A DNA stretch of 64,000 bases. Source: Yuukianura sp. NJ FZ-2021 (Eukaryota). The notes under the pieces were generated by a model. That model made no database searches. It was not told the DNA's origin and worked only from the letters and a program-made list of their open reading frames with translations. This document shows positions 29,044 through 44,000 of the stretch, piece after piece (position 1 is the stretch's first letter; each line of letters starts with the position of its first letter). Location of the stretch: assembly GCA_046563655.1 (NCBI GenBank), contig CM102285.1, forward strand, positions 13,950,001-14,014,000, in the 5' to 3' direction. Made by a program: the position numbers and the translations under genes.

Positions 29044-32000
29044 CTAAGGGATTTTGGGCGCTGTGGTGGTGGTGTTGGTTGTGTTATCTTGTTCTAGCAA
29101 CTCCTTCCAATCAACATCTTCATCTTCAATGTCCACCGACGCTGCTCCAGCGATTCCAACAATCGCTGGAACTTCTGTTGCTTCCGACGTCTGTGATTCC
29201 AGTCCCTCTTCAATTTCAGACAGCAGTTCTTCCTTACTGAACTCCTCGAGCACGGCGGACTCCAGTTTTTCAAATTCGTTGAGTGAGGATGACGATGAAG
29301 CGGGTCTTTTGAACTTGTCTTCATTTGTACTGCCTTCAAGGGACCCCTTGGGGGTACTTGAAATCAACTCTTCCTCAATATCTTCCAATTGGTGAAGATG
29401 ACTGGACAAGAGCATGTTGCCATCTTCGTTTGGTTCGTCAGCGTCTCCAGAAATGCGGGACTCAAAAGTCGATTCTTGGTGGGACACGCCACAAGCCGCT
29501 GAAGTTCCAGCGATTGACGAAGTCAAGGTGACTCCTCCAGTGGCAGAAATTGTGCCAAGGTCACAGGTAATTCCTTTGGAAAATCCACCTAAGGTTGGTT
29601 CGTCTTCGCCTAACGTTGATTGGCTCTCAGTTAAACTCCCGGGAGTTTGATACTCCGAGCTGGAAATGAAGGCTAACGTTGACGAATCGGAAGATTTCGG
29701 ACGATCTTCGCTGGTCAGACGAGGACTACGCTCTTCACGGGCAGTAAAAAATGAAACGGTTGACGACGATCCGACCACTCCACAGGCTGAAGACTGTTTC
29801 GAATCAGTCGAAACCTGAATTTTCAAAAAAGATTTCAAAATTTCGAAAATTTTCAAATTCAGTTATTTTTGAAAAGTTTTGACCTTGGGTGTTGGATCGT
29901 CAGTCGGTGTCACTCCAGCGCTCGACGCTTCAGACGCCGCTTGCAGTCTTTCCTCCACGCGTTCCTCAATTTCTTCAATAAGTTGAACTGCTGCCGTCGT
30001 GGCCAAGTTTTTGTCGTCTTCACGGTTCGGTTCGTCCGGTTCGGAATCGACCGTCGGTTCGGGTTTCGGTTTTTCTAGGTTTAGTCTCATTGGTATTGGC
30101 GGTGCTTCGATAGACTCCTCATCTTCATCTGAAATCGCTGCTTCGTCGGCTTCCAGCTCCGTTTGGCCCACGGGGGACACCGAAGTAGCCCGACTGCTGT
30201 CTTCATCAAAAGCGGCTTTGAATCGAGATTCAGGAAACTGATCTTGACCTTTGACATGGAAAAAACACGACAAACATGGAAAAATGGTAATTATTTTGAA
30301 ATTTTGAAACTTTTTTTGAAATTTTATTTTCCCAAGGAAAAAAGAGAGAAAGGTAAGAGAGAGAGGTAAAGAATAAGAAAATTGACTAAAAAGGAAAATA
30401 ATAAAGCGAAAGCTCTATTCGGCTGCTTGCGGTGGGATTCGGCTGGAGGAGGAAGTGTCGAGACTTGACAGCGCTTCAGCGATGATTCCCTCAACAATAT
30501 GATTGGCAACTGCGCCCTCCTGACCAGATTCGACACTGATTTCATCATCATCATCATCATCACGATGATCATCATCATCATCATCACTTTCCTGCATCAT
30601 TGCCCGATGATGATCTGCCCAACTTCTCTTTTCCATAGTATCTGTAAATTTAGCCCAAATTAACCCAAATTTTAACTAAATCCCAACAAAAATCCAATTT
30701 TTAGCCCAACAACTACTGGATGCAGCAGTTAGCAGCAAACATGCCCGGGCGGATTCAGGTTTGTTAGAACACAATCCATAGTTAACTTAATTTTCAACAC
30801 AGTTTGTTAATTTGAACACATTTAAGAGTTAATTTTCACAAATTAGTATCGTAGTTAAGTTAGTTGCGACGAAGAGACATGCAGCGATTCGTTTGAAAGT
30901 TAGTAGTTGTGTTAAATTGTGCGTTTCTGGACTTATAGTTGGTAAGACAAATTCGGATTCTTGAAATCTGTTAGACTAATCAATTCCATTACTAAGCAAA
31001 GTACTTGAGTTATGGTTAACGATTTGCAAATGCTTGGATGCTGCCAAAGTATGGAAATCAGCCGACCTGGTTCTGATTCTGAGCTGGAAGTTGAACGGGA
31101 TCTGTGTTCAGCGTCACGGGTATCGTCGGACTCGGGTTCTTCCGGAAACTTTCCGGAAATTTGTTCCGTTTGGTCGGTATGCCTCGAATCTTTGTCTTCT
31201 TTAGGCTTTGAATCTGCCGGTTCGTCAGCCTTGGTCAAACGTTCTGGTTCCGCGTTCAAATCGCTGCGGGCTTCTGAGGTAATAGGAATTTCATGTTCCT
31301 CGTGCTCTGACTCTGTACTGGAAGCATTTTGCGTTTCAGCCGGTTTCAGCCAATCAAGTTGCTTCTCTGGTTCTGGACTGGAGTGAGATTCCGGTTCGGC
31401 TTCGGCTGGAGTAAGCCAATCAAGCTGCTTCTCTGGTTCTGGACTTGGCTGAGTTGGGGGTGGAGCTTCGGTTGGAGTTAGCCAATCAAGTTGCTTCTCT
31501 GGTTCTGGTTCTGGACTTGAGTGAGATGGCGCTTCGGCTTGAGTTGGTGTTAGCCAATCCAGTTGTTTTTCTTCCTCTGGACTTGATTGTGCTGGTGCCT
31601 CTGCTGGTGTTAGCCAGTCAAGTTGTTTTTCTGGTTCTATTTCTGGACTGGACTGAGTTGGTACTTCAGATTCGGCTGGGCTTAGCCACTCAAGCTGCTT
31701 TTCTGGTTCCGGACTTGGTGGTTCGGCTGGCTTCAACCAATCAAGTTGTTTTTCTGGTTCTGGACTTGGCTGAGTTGGCGTTTCGGCTTCAGTTGGTATT
31801 AGCCAATCCAGTTTCTCTGAATTGGGCTCCAAGTGAACATCTTCTGCTGGACTTCGTGGAGGAGCCTCTTCAGTTTCTCCTTTGATTTCTTGCCGCTGCT
31901 CAGATTCTGTTTCCTTTCCAGTTTGTAACAAATCTTCATCTTTTTCAATTTCCTCCGGACGAATCTCATTGGGTGGCTGTGCATTGAGATCTTCTAAACT

Positions 32001-35000
32001 CTTTTGTTCTTTTACGTAACTCTCAATTTCATCTTCCAGTGCATTTTCAACTTCCTCTTGAGTTGGGTGGTCTTGTAGCACTGGAGCTGCTTTCTCTTTC
32101 AAACCATTTTGGCTAGCTACCGCTACCGCTGCAAGGTTTTCGCCAACTCTTGCTTGTTTCACTTTTTCTGGAACAGCGCCCGTTTCTGAGAATAGCCCAT
32201 TGTTTAAAATTTGTTTCAACATTTTATACAATAATACATATATTTACACTGTAACATAGTTTATAACATGCAATTCACTAATCTATTAACGTATACACAC
32301 GTACAGGTCTAAGTCCGAAACTCGTCAATTGATACTTCCCAGATTAATTTGACCTCAAACCTAATTGACACTAATTTTGACAACCAATTTCGTTGGCTGA
32401 TGAAACAACAAGGGGCACTTTTAGTAATTTACTTTTAAACACCAACTGCCAACATTTCCAGTAGTACTGCCAACATTTTCAGTAGTACTGCCAACATTTT
32501 CAATAGTACTGCCAACATTTCCTAAAGTTTACCAATCTTCGGTGTTTGTTTACCGTAATTGTTCTAATAAGTGGTGCAGGGTGCATAAATAGTTTTTGCA
32601 AATCAAAAGAAAATTGAATTGGGAAGAAAATGGAGAAAAACTTTGAGTTTTAAAAGTTTTAAAGCCAAGACATGGACACAAACACAAATCGTCCACCGAA
32701 GGGAGGTGTCCACGGTCCGTGGTCCACTCGTGACATGGCCAGTGACCGGACATGGCCACCCAAAAGTGGACAGTAGAAGGTAGTACAACGACACTTTTGT
32801 TTCATTTACGATGTATCCACTCACCAGAGTCCGTGTTAATGTTGTTGAGTATTTCCTGCTCAAAGGCGAAGGGCTCGGTATCTGGAGGGACCAAAAACAA
32901 AAGAGGAGTAAAAAGAAGCTCCATTCGACAAGGTGAGGTCAAAGGTCAAGTGAGGTCAAGTTTCTAAAGGACCAATGGGAGAAGCAGTCTCTCAGCAGAA
33001 GCAAGCTTAGGCATAACAAGCATTTAACACTAACTTAACACTCTCTCATAAGTTAATCTTACCATCAGCAAAACCCGGGAGACTTCGGACTGTTCCTGGA
33101 CGAAGGTCAAAGGTCAAAGTTAAGCTAAACTTGAAACGATTTGCGAGGCACAGAATAAAATTCCACTAATACTGTAAATATTTCAACTTTTTCAGACTAA
33201 GTTTTGCTTATTTTTTCTATTTGGCACTACTCCGACTCTTGTTGTTCCGGACAGTCTCCGGATGCTGGATTTCAGAAAGTTTTGACAGTATAATTAAACT
33301 GGAGGATCGGAGAGAGGACTTCGACAGTATTGGAGGGGAAGGATTGTGTTCTCTGCGTGGATTGACTCATACCGCCCTCTGACGAACTTGATAGCACAGG
33401 GCTGGGAAGGTCCGCTGCCGATCCGACTGAAGATCCAGAGCTAGAACGAGCCGAATCGGCCGATCCGGAGGCAACCGACGCCGATCCGGAATCCGTAGTT
33501 ACGACAGATTCGGCAGAACATGGTGTTTCGTCGGTTCCACGCGGCGGTGAAAATGTTGGTTGCAGTTGAACGACAAACTGCGACTGCTTGGCGACCGCTG
33601 GCGACACAGAGGCTCTCTCTTCTTCTTCAGCTGACGACGACGACTCTTCCGTTGTCCAGGTAACTTCTTCTCTCTTTTCCACCGTGACACGCTGATGTAT
33701 CAGTTCCGGATCGGCATCTTCGTCACTCGTTTCCAAAATAGGTTCCAAATGTTCTCCGCTCAACTGAACTTGTGACTCTCTCCGATGTGCTTCCAGCATT
33801 ACCGTGTCCTCGGTAAACGTAAAAGCCCGAACTTCGTCCGATCCTTCCGAACCATCTTCGTCCAGCTCCAGCGGCAAGTCATCTTCATCCCAACTCCGGC
33901 TTAGGCTAACTTCAGTCTCTTCTTCATCCACCGCCACGGCCACCGCGGCGGTGCCAACAGTCTCTCTCGGCAGGTCATCAGTGTCAACACTCTTCGTTCC
34001 CGTGTCCACTTGAGTCCCCACACACACATCGACATGGATGCCCTGAATTTCTAGGACAGGGCTGCTCCCTTTGTCCACATAAGTGGACCCTTTACCCTCA
34101 TCTACGAGCAGCGTCTGACTAGAAACGCTGATTTCCGACACTTCAGCTTCGGTTACTTCTTCGGGTTCTTCCGGCGGTTGCGGAGTGTTCGGAAACGATA
34201 AACCGAATCCCGTGTCTCCGGTTGAGTCCAGCGACGGAGTCATGGACGCCGCTGTAACCAAAGGAACCTTGTCACATTCTACCGAATCGGCCTTTCCGAA
34301 CCGAAACCGAATGTCTACGAACCGGTACGTTCCGGTACAGGGCTTATCTCTGCTTATCCCAAAAATTCCTAACCAAATGCATCCAACGAGCAACCGCAAA
34401 GCAACAAAATACGACGCAACGCCCACAGTAACAAACACAAACTCCGTCAAAGTAAGAAAAACCAAATAAAAATCTAAAATCACAGAATTTCATAAATTTT
34501 AAAACATCAAAGGAACACAAGTTTTCGAAATTTTGAAAAAAGGTGTAACAAGTGTCGCGTCAGATCAACAACTAAAAGGTACAATAAGATGAAATAAGAC
34601 TAAAAAAAAACGATAAAATGTAAGTAAACGAAAGCAAACCGATGAAGCAAACAGCATTTTGAGAGACAGTCTCCACAATCACACTTGGGGAGATACGGGG
34701 ATGTTGAAATTTTGAAAAATTCAAAAATTTTGAAAAAAAAAAATTCAAAAAACTTCGTTCTTACGTTGCTGGACATCCTTCTCTTCCGGACCATACTTGA
34801 CTTCGTCCGTTTCATAGGAAGTGGTCATGGGGCTGAATGAAATGCTGGCTTGTTTGGGTACTTCTACTTGTGACACGTCTTCAATTGACTCTGAGTCCTT
34901 CATGATGTCCTCTTCGTCATAAGATACGTTCCTCCCCTTCTCGGTTTTCGTTGACTCTATTTGTGTTTTTGCTATGATTTGCTCCTCCAGATCAGTCACT

Positions 35001-38000
35001 CTGTCCAGAGAACTGATGCACTGCTCCACAATGTCCTCTCGGTGGATTCGATTGAGCGCCTTCTCCAAGTTGTTTCCAGTGGCACGGTCACCAGCCTGCT
35101 GCATCCACAGTCTCAGCATCACCGTCGCTTGCTGGTACGGACTTTCGGCATACCTAAGACAAAAACGACACATTTGGGTCAAAATAGCAGCAAAAGTGGA
35201 AATTAATTTATATAAATTAAATAATTAATCTATTATATACTAATGATAAGTTACAGTTGACAGCAGGACTTTTGGAAAAGTCACGATTAGGCTGAGAAAA
35301 TTACTAAAGTGTATTTTCCTAATTCATGAGAAATTTAAAAAATTCCAAAGTATTGTTTTTTTAAACACCATCACACCTTCTAACTTTCTACAGGAGGAAT
35401 TTCGGAAAAGTCACGATTAGGCTGAGAAAATTACTAAAGTGTATTTTCCTAATTCATGAGAAATTTAAAAAATTCCAAAGTATTGTTTTTTTAAACACCA
35501 TCACACCTTCTAACTTTCTACAGGAGGAATTTCGGAAAAGTCACGATTAGGCTGAGAAAATTACTAAAGTGTATTTTCCTAATTCATGAGAAATTTAAAA
35601 AATTCCAAAGTATTGTTTTTTTAAACACCATCACACCTTCATCAAAAAAAAAAAAAAAATCAAAAATCTTCCTTATAGACTAAAACAATTAGGACGATTG
35701 CACTGACTTCGGGCGGCGCCCTATCAAGCCTGATGAGTATGCTTGTTGTAACATAAAATTAAAATATAATAAAATCCTATAACATAAAGTATAATAAAAA
35801 CTTACTCGTCTGCAATCATGGCAATATCTTCACTACCGATTCCAAGTTCTACTGCCAGTTGACGCCAGTCTTGGCCTAGAAGATTGGCCACATCAGATAG
35901 TCTCAAATCCGCTTTATGGATTTCCCCAGTTTGTTGTGGCACTCCAAACATCGCAGTGCGCAAGCCCGATCCATATCTGTCACAAAGCATAAAAATATAA
36001 TACAATAATATAAATATATCATTTAAATCCAAATGTGCTTGCAAGTATTTCGTGTTTACCTGGAACCGTAAGGAAGTCTTGGAGAAGAAACACAAGATGG
36101 TGGTTGTGACAGAGGTTCGTCTGGCAGTATGTCAATGGGAAGGCTGATGTTGAGGTTAACTGTTGGTGGAACTTCGTGATCTGAACTGGTCCCTTTCGGT
36201 TCTTTCCGGAACACGATTCTGCCTACTCCGCCAGCATTTGAGTCTCTTAAGCGTACCAACAGGCCGAGCCGATTCTCTCTAAAGGCATAAAATTTCAGCC
36301 GAAGTTGTTCACCCGATTTGGAAACTGGACTTAAATTTCCAGCCATTTCGAGGTATTGGGGTTTCCCTTCCAGAACTTCCACGTCTTTACTCTTGGCAAC
36401 TTCTGTAAAGTTTTCCAGGCCTTCTAAAGTTTTATCCTCACGGTCATCTGTCATACAGAACACTCGGAGTCGAGCTTCGTTGGGGTCAATTCGTTTAGCA
36501 TAGACCAGGAATCTGGAAAAAACGAATCCAAAATTTCTAAATCTTGAAAAAATGAAGAAATTTTGAAAAATCATAACTTTTTTTTTTGAAATGTTACTTT
36601 GCCATGAAGGGGACAATGATTGCTTCTCTGTAGATCTCTGTAGCAAGGCGCGTGAGTTCATTGGTTCCTTGACGAGAGTCAATGAGCCAAAACCGTGCTG
36701 AAACTGTGGTGGTGAATGAAACATGATCATTGATGAATGTAAGTGGAGTGGATCCAGTGACATCCTCCCACTGCGCACGCGTGCTTCCGCCAGTAATTGA
36801 ACAAAGTAATCGGAGGCTGGAGTTTGGATCTTTGCTTGATGGCAAAGGAATTGACAGGGAAATGGGTTTGTGGAACTTCCGACGTCGCGGTTCCACTGTG
36901 ACGATTGGTGACACGCTCAGTTTGGATCCATGTTTTGTAACCAGAGCAAGTGGAATGGGATGAGCCTGGAAACAAATTGGATAATTTTGAAAAAAAAATT
37001 TCAACCAAAATCAAAAACAAATAAAAAATTTATGATCAATTGGTCACTCTTGAGATCCAGAAGCCACTGGGTTGTCTTCTTCCAGAAAAAGAAGCAAAAC
37101 GTCATGTCACACGGCTCAACTTTCAAAAATTTTGAAACATTTTGAACACACAAACATGCAATTAGTACAAGTTTTAAGTTCAAGGACAAAAAATTCAAAA
37201 TTGTGAAGCAGTGGAAGCATAAGGGGAATGCAGAGCTCTTGCACTGGAAGCAGTTTTTTGTTTCGGAGGATGCTAGGAGTTCAGCCCAACACTAAAAAGT
37301 TTCTAAAATTTTGAACTTTCAAATTTTCGGAGCTTCTTTTTTTTTGGTAATTTTGAAATTTCGGATTTGCGGAGCTCCATTTTTAACATTTTGAAATGCA
37401 AGAGCAATGTAAAAACTTTATGGTTCCACGGCTTTCCCCGAAGATTTATTTTTCAGGTGAAGACTAGAAGATGAGTTTTTTATTGGGCCGAAGTCCCAGC
37501 GTCCATCCACACACTTTTTGAAATTTCGGAAGTTTTTTAAAACTTAGTATTTTTCAAAGTTAGTTTTTTAAAAGTTAGTTTTTTGAAAGGGCTTAGTATT
37601 AATTAGCTAATAGCAGCAAAGTAATCTCAACTTTTAACACACACACAAAGAACAATAAAAGTTAAAATTCTGTTTCTCGTGAGTAAAAGACTAGCATTTT
37701 TCTTTTTAGAGATGCGAGAGAGAAGCATTTTGTTAGTTCTGCTTGTGAGATCCATTTTTTCTAGTTAAGCTGGCAGTTGATGTAGCTCAATAACGTACAA
37801 TTCTTCAATTCAAGACGAGTAGGAGGACACACCATGGTTTTTAGTTACACATTTACCAGGTCACAACCCAGCGCTTTCCCCTGCGAATGTTGTTGACCAC
37901 AATCTTGCGACGACTCTCTCCCTTGCTCACCTGAATTCCAACTCGAATCCGTTTTGTCAGAGCTCCCGCTGGAAATGTCGCCGTAACTTCCTTCACGACG

Positions 38001-41000
38001 CTGCTCGATACGACACCACCCTCTGCAAAACGAAAATCAGCGACTTGATATTTGTCATCGGACATGGATGGAGCAAACTCGAATTTCAACATGGATTTCC
38101 AGTAGTTTTGAAATAAAAAAATTCTCACCGGGTCCAACGGCATGCACTTCTTGTTTAATTCGCGAAACCAAAGCAAAGTACTGCGGAAAGTCCGTCGTTG
38201 TGATCCGAGTAAGTCGGTTTACTTCCAATTCTGCAACACAAAGCACAATTAACGTAAAACCAGGTTTTTAGGAAACTGTTGTCAAATTTTGTGAAACTTT
38301 TGTCAAATTTTCTGAAATGAAGTCACCTTTTGCTTGTTGTTCCGATTCCGGATCCGACGTGTGTTCTCTCCAAGTAATGCCATCTTCGCTTCTCAAAACG
38401 ACAATTTCGCGTTCACCGGTTCTCATACTTGCGAAATGCGGCACATCAATTGTAACTTTTCCCAAAAACTTGACTCCCACTGGACCAAGTTCCAAAATTC
38501 TACTGGCAAGAGCTTCTCCTTCCATCAGTGGTGGGGGATGGGCTAAACGTTCCTTCCGCAAGTATTTACAAGTGACACGAGTTGGTGCAGGAGCCGTTAA
38601 CGGTGGAATGACAACCCGAATTCCAGAATGGCGACATCCACGCATCGCTCCGCCACGAGCATCCACCATGAACGAAACCAGAAAACTGAAAAAATCAATC
38701 AATCAATTAACATTCACGCAACTTAAAAATCAAAACTTGTAAATTCTTACTTTCTCCAATGAAGTTTCCTGATTATGAGTTAGCATGTGAGTTAGAAAGC
38801 GATTAAGACCAAAGTTAGTCAAAAATTTGAACCAATCAAAATCCAGTTCTTACCCAACTCCTCCTCCTGGCGCACTCATTGACAATTCCGATGCTGCTCC
38901 AGTAGTTCTGATCTCTTCCATGTCATCCATTGCTCCCTCGACGTCCATCGGCATAGAATCGTCTCCAAGAGACTTCATGTCATCGACGGTCAAGTATTTG
39001 TAGACTTCCGGTTCGTCAACGCCCTCATCCTCTGAGTCACTGGCCAATCCCTCCAACATGGTTTCCGGAAGAACAACTTTGTACTTGTCAATTGTCGATT
39101 CTTGTTTTGTGACACGACGAAGCGATTCCACCACCGAAACGTAGTTCAGCTTAGATGCAATTGACAGCGGAGTTTGGGATGCCTACATAAAGGAAAAATG
39201 AACTCAACTTTCCAAAAAAAAAAATTAAATTTTGAAAAGTTTAGTTTCATTTACCGCATTCAAAGCGTCCGGTTCAGCTCCCTTCTCCAGCAAAACGCTG
39301 ACGGTTCCAGCCTGTCCTTGTTGCGCAGCTATGTTAATGATAATAAAGATTCACAATTTAAGCAAACTAAATTCTATAACAGCGTATCAGACACGCGATT
39401 CTGCTGGTGATAACTAACTTGTTAGCTAATTGCTACTGATACTTGCAAAAATAGAAAATTAAACGGAATTTTACCATGATGCAAAGGTGTGTTTCCGTAA
39501 TTTGTCTTTGCTTGGATATCGGCTCCATTTTGAACAAGATACTTGACCATTCCAGAGTGTCCAAAATGTGACGCTGAAAAAAGCAGTACAAAATCACTAA
39601 AGTTTTGTTCTAAAATTTAAAAAAATTTCATCAAGAAGTTGTAACTGACCAATGTGAAGTGGAGTGTAACCAGCAGCAGTACGCGGATCAATTTGAACGC
39701 CTGTTGCTCTCAGCGTATCTGCAACTCCAACTCGATCTTCTTGTGCTGCAAGATGAAGCGGGGTCAAGTGGTTCTAAAAAACATTTTTAAAATTATACAA
39801 AAATGGATCAATTTGCTACATATTTTTCAAAATTTCAAAAAGAAAGTATATTTTCAATTTTACCTCTGCAACTGGAGACGTTTCAGCTCCATGTCCAATC
39901 AACATCTTCACAAATTCTAAATTTCCTTCCATTGCAGCGATATGGACCTGGAAAAAATACAAAAATCGTATCAAAATTCAACTCAAACTCTCAAAAGTTC
40001 AAAATTCAAAATTCTTCGGAAATTCTAGTTCAGAAAAACTTACTGGAGTAAATCCAGCCTTGGATCTTGCGTTGACATCTGAATGTGGAATCAACTTTGC
40101 ACCAATTTCAAGTTGATTTTTCTTTCCAGCAATATGAAGTGGAGTATGTCCATTCTTCGTTACAGCTCTTGGATCAGCTCCAGCATCCAATAAGATCGTC
40201 GCAATTTGCGGATGTGCATGTGACGTTGCTACATGTAGAGGTGTCAATCCATTCTGAAAATTTGGAAATTCTTGTTTTATAACTTTCAGAAATCATAAAG
40301 TTTCGTGAATTCAACAGCTTCAGGAATTATAATTTTACCCTTCCAACAGCATTCGGAGGAGCTCCCTTCGCAATAAGCAGTTTAGCCACGCCAGCATGTC
40401 CGTTCTTTGCCGCCAAATGCTGCCAAGTACAAACAGTTTGTCATCAGTTCCAAACTTAAAATTGACTATGAATTTGACACTTCAAAATTGTTGAAACTAA
40501 CCAATGGCGTGAATCCTCTGCTTGTCTCCGGAGCAGCGGCTGCTCCGTGGTCCAGGAGCAACGAGCAAACCTGTGGTGAGTAGAGCATCAAATAGACAAA
40601 CACAACTGAAAAAGTTCTATTTTAAGCCCTGTGTCAGCCATTTTAAGCCATTGCTAAAGAGTGCACCCGAACAGTAGTTCCAAATACGAAAGGAGTACTT
40701 AAGTGTGTGCAGACATAAGCCCTTGAAGGACAGAGCAATTTATTCAAGCGAACAAAGAAAAAGAGGAGGACTAGAACAAAAGAAGGCAAGAGAAGCTATG
40801 TTTGACCCAACCGAGAGATGAAATACGTAATAGAAACAAGATGGCAGATCCTGAGCTTAAGCAACCGCCTCACCTCTTCTTGACCCTCCTTCGCACTGAT
40901 GTGCACTGCTGTCAACTGCTCCTTTGTTCTAAAAACACAATTTTCAAAATTTCGAAACTTGGTTTCAAAATTTTCAAAAATTTTCCCTTTTAGGGAGAGA

Positions 41001-44000
41001 AAGTTGGCTTACCTGTCATCCGGATTGGCTCCGTGTTGTAGGAGCAGCATAACCAAATCGCTGTTTCCTAACCTTGCCGCTGAAACATGAAAATTAAAAA
41101 ATTTTGTTGTAAAATTATTTTCAAAATTTCAGATTCCATAAAGCATCTTGCAACTTGACTAACAAATTCTTCAGTCCGTGCTTACCAATGTGTAGTGGTG
41201 TCTGTTCCTCCTGGAATTTCGAAAACATAAAAACCAAAATTCAAAAATAGTTTCAAATTTTGAAAATTAAACTATGATTTCTGCTTTTTTTTCTCTTACC
41301 TTAGCTTTTGAGTCAACTGAAGCTCCGTTTCTGAGCAGAATGCGCACAATGTCAGTTTGGTTTGCTCTTGCAGCGAGATGTAAAGGAGTTTCTCCACGAA
41401 CAGTTCTAGCTTCCACTTCAGCGCCATTTTGGAGTAGGAAAATGGCAATATTCATGCATCCCATGAAAGATGCAACGTGGAGTGGAGTAAGACCAGACTC
41501 CGTGCTGGCCTCAATACTCGCTCCATGCTGGAGCAGCAGTTCCACAACCTTGATCCGATTCTTCTTACAGGCAATGTGACTAAAGTAAAAACAAAAGTTC
41601 TAAAACTTCTAACTTTTTAACATATAAAAGTATCCTCAATGTTGTAAAACTCACAGTGGAGTGAATCCATTGAGAGCCCTTGAATTTGGATCTGCCTTTT
41701 TGTCTAGCAGCAACTTTGCTACTCGTACGTGACCGCAATGCGCAGAGACCTAAATTGTACACCATAAAATTGTTAATTAGACAAGAAACAAATTCCGTAC
41801 AACAGTAAGTGCTAAATGTCGGCTTTTCCTAACAGTATTAGCATTGCGTGACTGGAATTTTACGTCTCAATTTCCCCAAATTCCGTCCCAGAAACAAAAT
41901 ATTTCTGACAGAATAGTGCTAATTACTTCACCTAGAAAAAATTTCGTCATCCGCAAATTTTTTCAAGGTTATTACTCAAAACCGGGCCGCCGTAATTTGA
42001 TTTTCTCCAGAAAATTCTATTTGCTCTTTCCTTATCCCACTTTGCGCCAAATTTTGAGTTTGCGTGACAGCTTTTTGGAAATCGCTGATCTTTGATAAGA
42101 AGTGTCGCGGCAGTGCACCGCGGGCGTCTTTAACTTAAGTTTAAGAGTGCACAAATGAAACCTTACATGCAACGGTGTCAAGTAATCAACGGTGACATCA
42201 TCCACTGGAGCTTTGTGGAACAATAAAATTCTGGCTGAAGGAACGTGGTCACCTTGTGCCGACCTGGTTAACAACAAAACAGAAAAAATAAAATCGAAAA
42301 CTCGAAAAATCACAACTCACCAAAAATCACAACTTCACTTAACTCTAAGTTAAATCTGATTTCTTAAACATTAAGTTTCAAACGACTTACATATGGAGAG
42401 GAGTTAGACCATTCTACAAACCAAAATCAAAAATGAAAATGATCTCACATTTCAAGAAACTGCTAAAAAGAAACATTAGTCTGTTCGGAAGTTGGTTTAC
42501 AATTTATACCTTAGTTTTTGCTCCTATAGCCGCACCCTTCTCTACTAATAAATCAACCAGTTGTTCGTGACCAGATCTTGAGGCACAGTGCTATAAGCAC
42601 AGAAAAAGTAAAAATGTGCTTATTAAATCTCCTTTTTGATTACATAAAAACTTGTTTCGCAACGATTGTTTTCCTTAACTCACCAACGGAGTAAGTCCAT
42701 CTCTTGTTTTTCCCCCAACGTCTGCTCCCCTTTCAATAAGTAAACCAGCCACAGCACTTTTACCCCACTTGGCGGCAACTTAACACAAAATTGTCCAATT
42801 ACGCATCAACAACTTCACTTTCAAAGTAACACGTAAGTGTAATATGTACGTGTAGACTAATACGTACGTACGTGTACTACAGTACACGTACATAACACGT
42901 ACCGTGGAGGGGAGTAATTTGATGTTTAGCTCTGAAATTGACATCAGCGCCTTTATCAAGCAGGAGGGTTGCTACTTGGGCATTGCCGTAATGTGCAGCT
43001 ATATGTAGCGGAGTGAAGTTTGATTTAGAAGTGAGGTCAGGGGTGGGGGATGACATCAGCAGAAGACCAGCAGCACTTAGGTCATTCTTCTTTGCAGCAA
43101 TGTCTGTAATGGAAAAAATCAACTTTAGAAAAAAATCATTTAGCAAGTTAATTAAGACTTTCGTGATTTCTGCTTACGCAGAGCTGGTAGTCGAGCCTTG
43201 CCACGAGAATCGTGAGAAAGAAGCAAGGAAACGACCTTGTCGTGGCCTTGTTGCATTGCAACTGCAAGAGGAGTGAAGCCATCTTCGGTGGCCAACGCCT
43301 GGTTGGCTCCGTTACTCAAAAGGAACTGCACAACTCCATCATGGTTTTCTTGGGCTGGAACAAACCAAGTTTTAATTAACGACTTAAGTTTGGATTCAAT
43401 TGACATTAACAAGCTTCTTTGTCTCTGAATTCAGTTGCCTTACATGCCATGTACAGAGGACTAAATCCATTTTGGGACTGAACGTTGACATTGGCTCCAC
43501 TCTGGACAAGAAGTTTAACCACATCTTCCTGACCGGCTAAAAATAAAACCAAAAATAAGCGCTTCGCTTTTAAAACAAAACTCAGTTTAGTTCCAGGTCT
43601 TTGTGACATCGACATCGGGAACACTTTTTGAACATCAATTCAAAAAAATCAAAAATCCGATTACTTACGCTACGATTACTTTTAAAATACTATTTTTCGT
43701 TAATCCCAGCATTTTTGTCAGTTTTGACTTTAGGACTTTAGAAAGTATTTTGAGCTCACCCAACGCGGCAATGTGGAGCGAAGTATTTCCTTTTTTAGTG
43801 GCAGCGTTAACATCAGCCCCTCTTTTCAGTAGTTCTTGAACAACTGGAAGATGACCATCTTTCGATGCCAAATGCTGCAAAACACAGAAAAAGCATGTCA
43901 AAAATCATTTATTTGTTTAAGCTCAGAAAAGCTCTCATTACAGTCTGCCAGTGCCACCAGCATAGCAGAAACAGTTCTGTTCCATTTCGAAATCCAAGGC

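Noticed and set aside
29034..34470. Plus-strand Ser-rich ORFs
   Set aside because: Antisense reading of Glu/Asp-rich ankyrin tail exons
35274..35640. CRISPR-like array
   Set aside because: Contiguous identical units without unique spacers; eukaryotic intron
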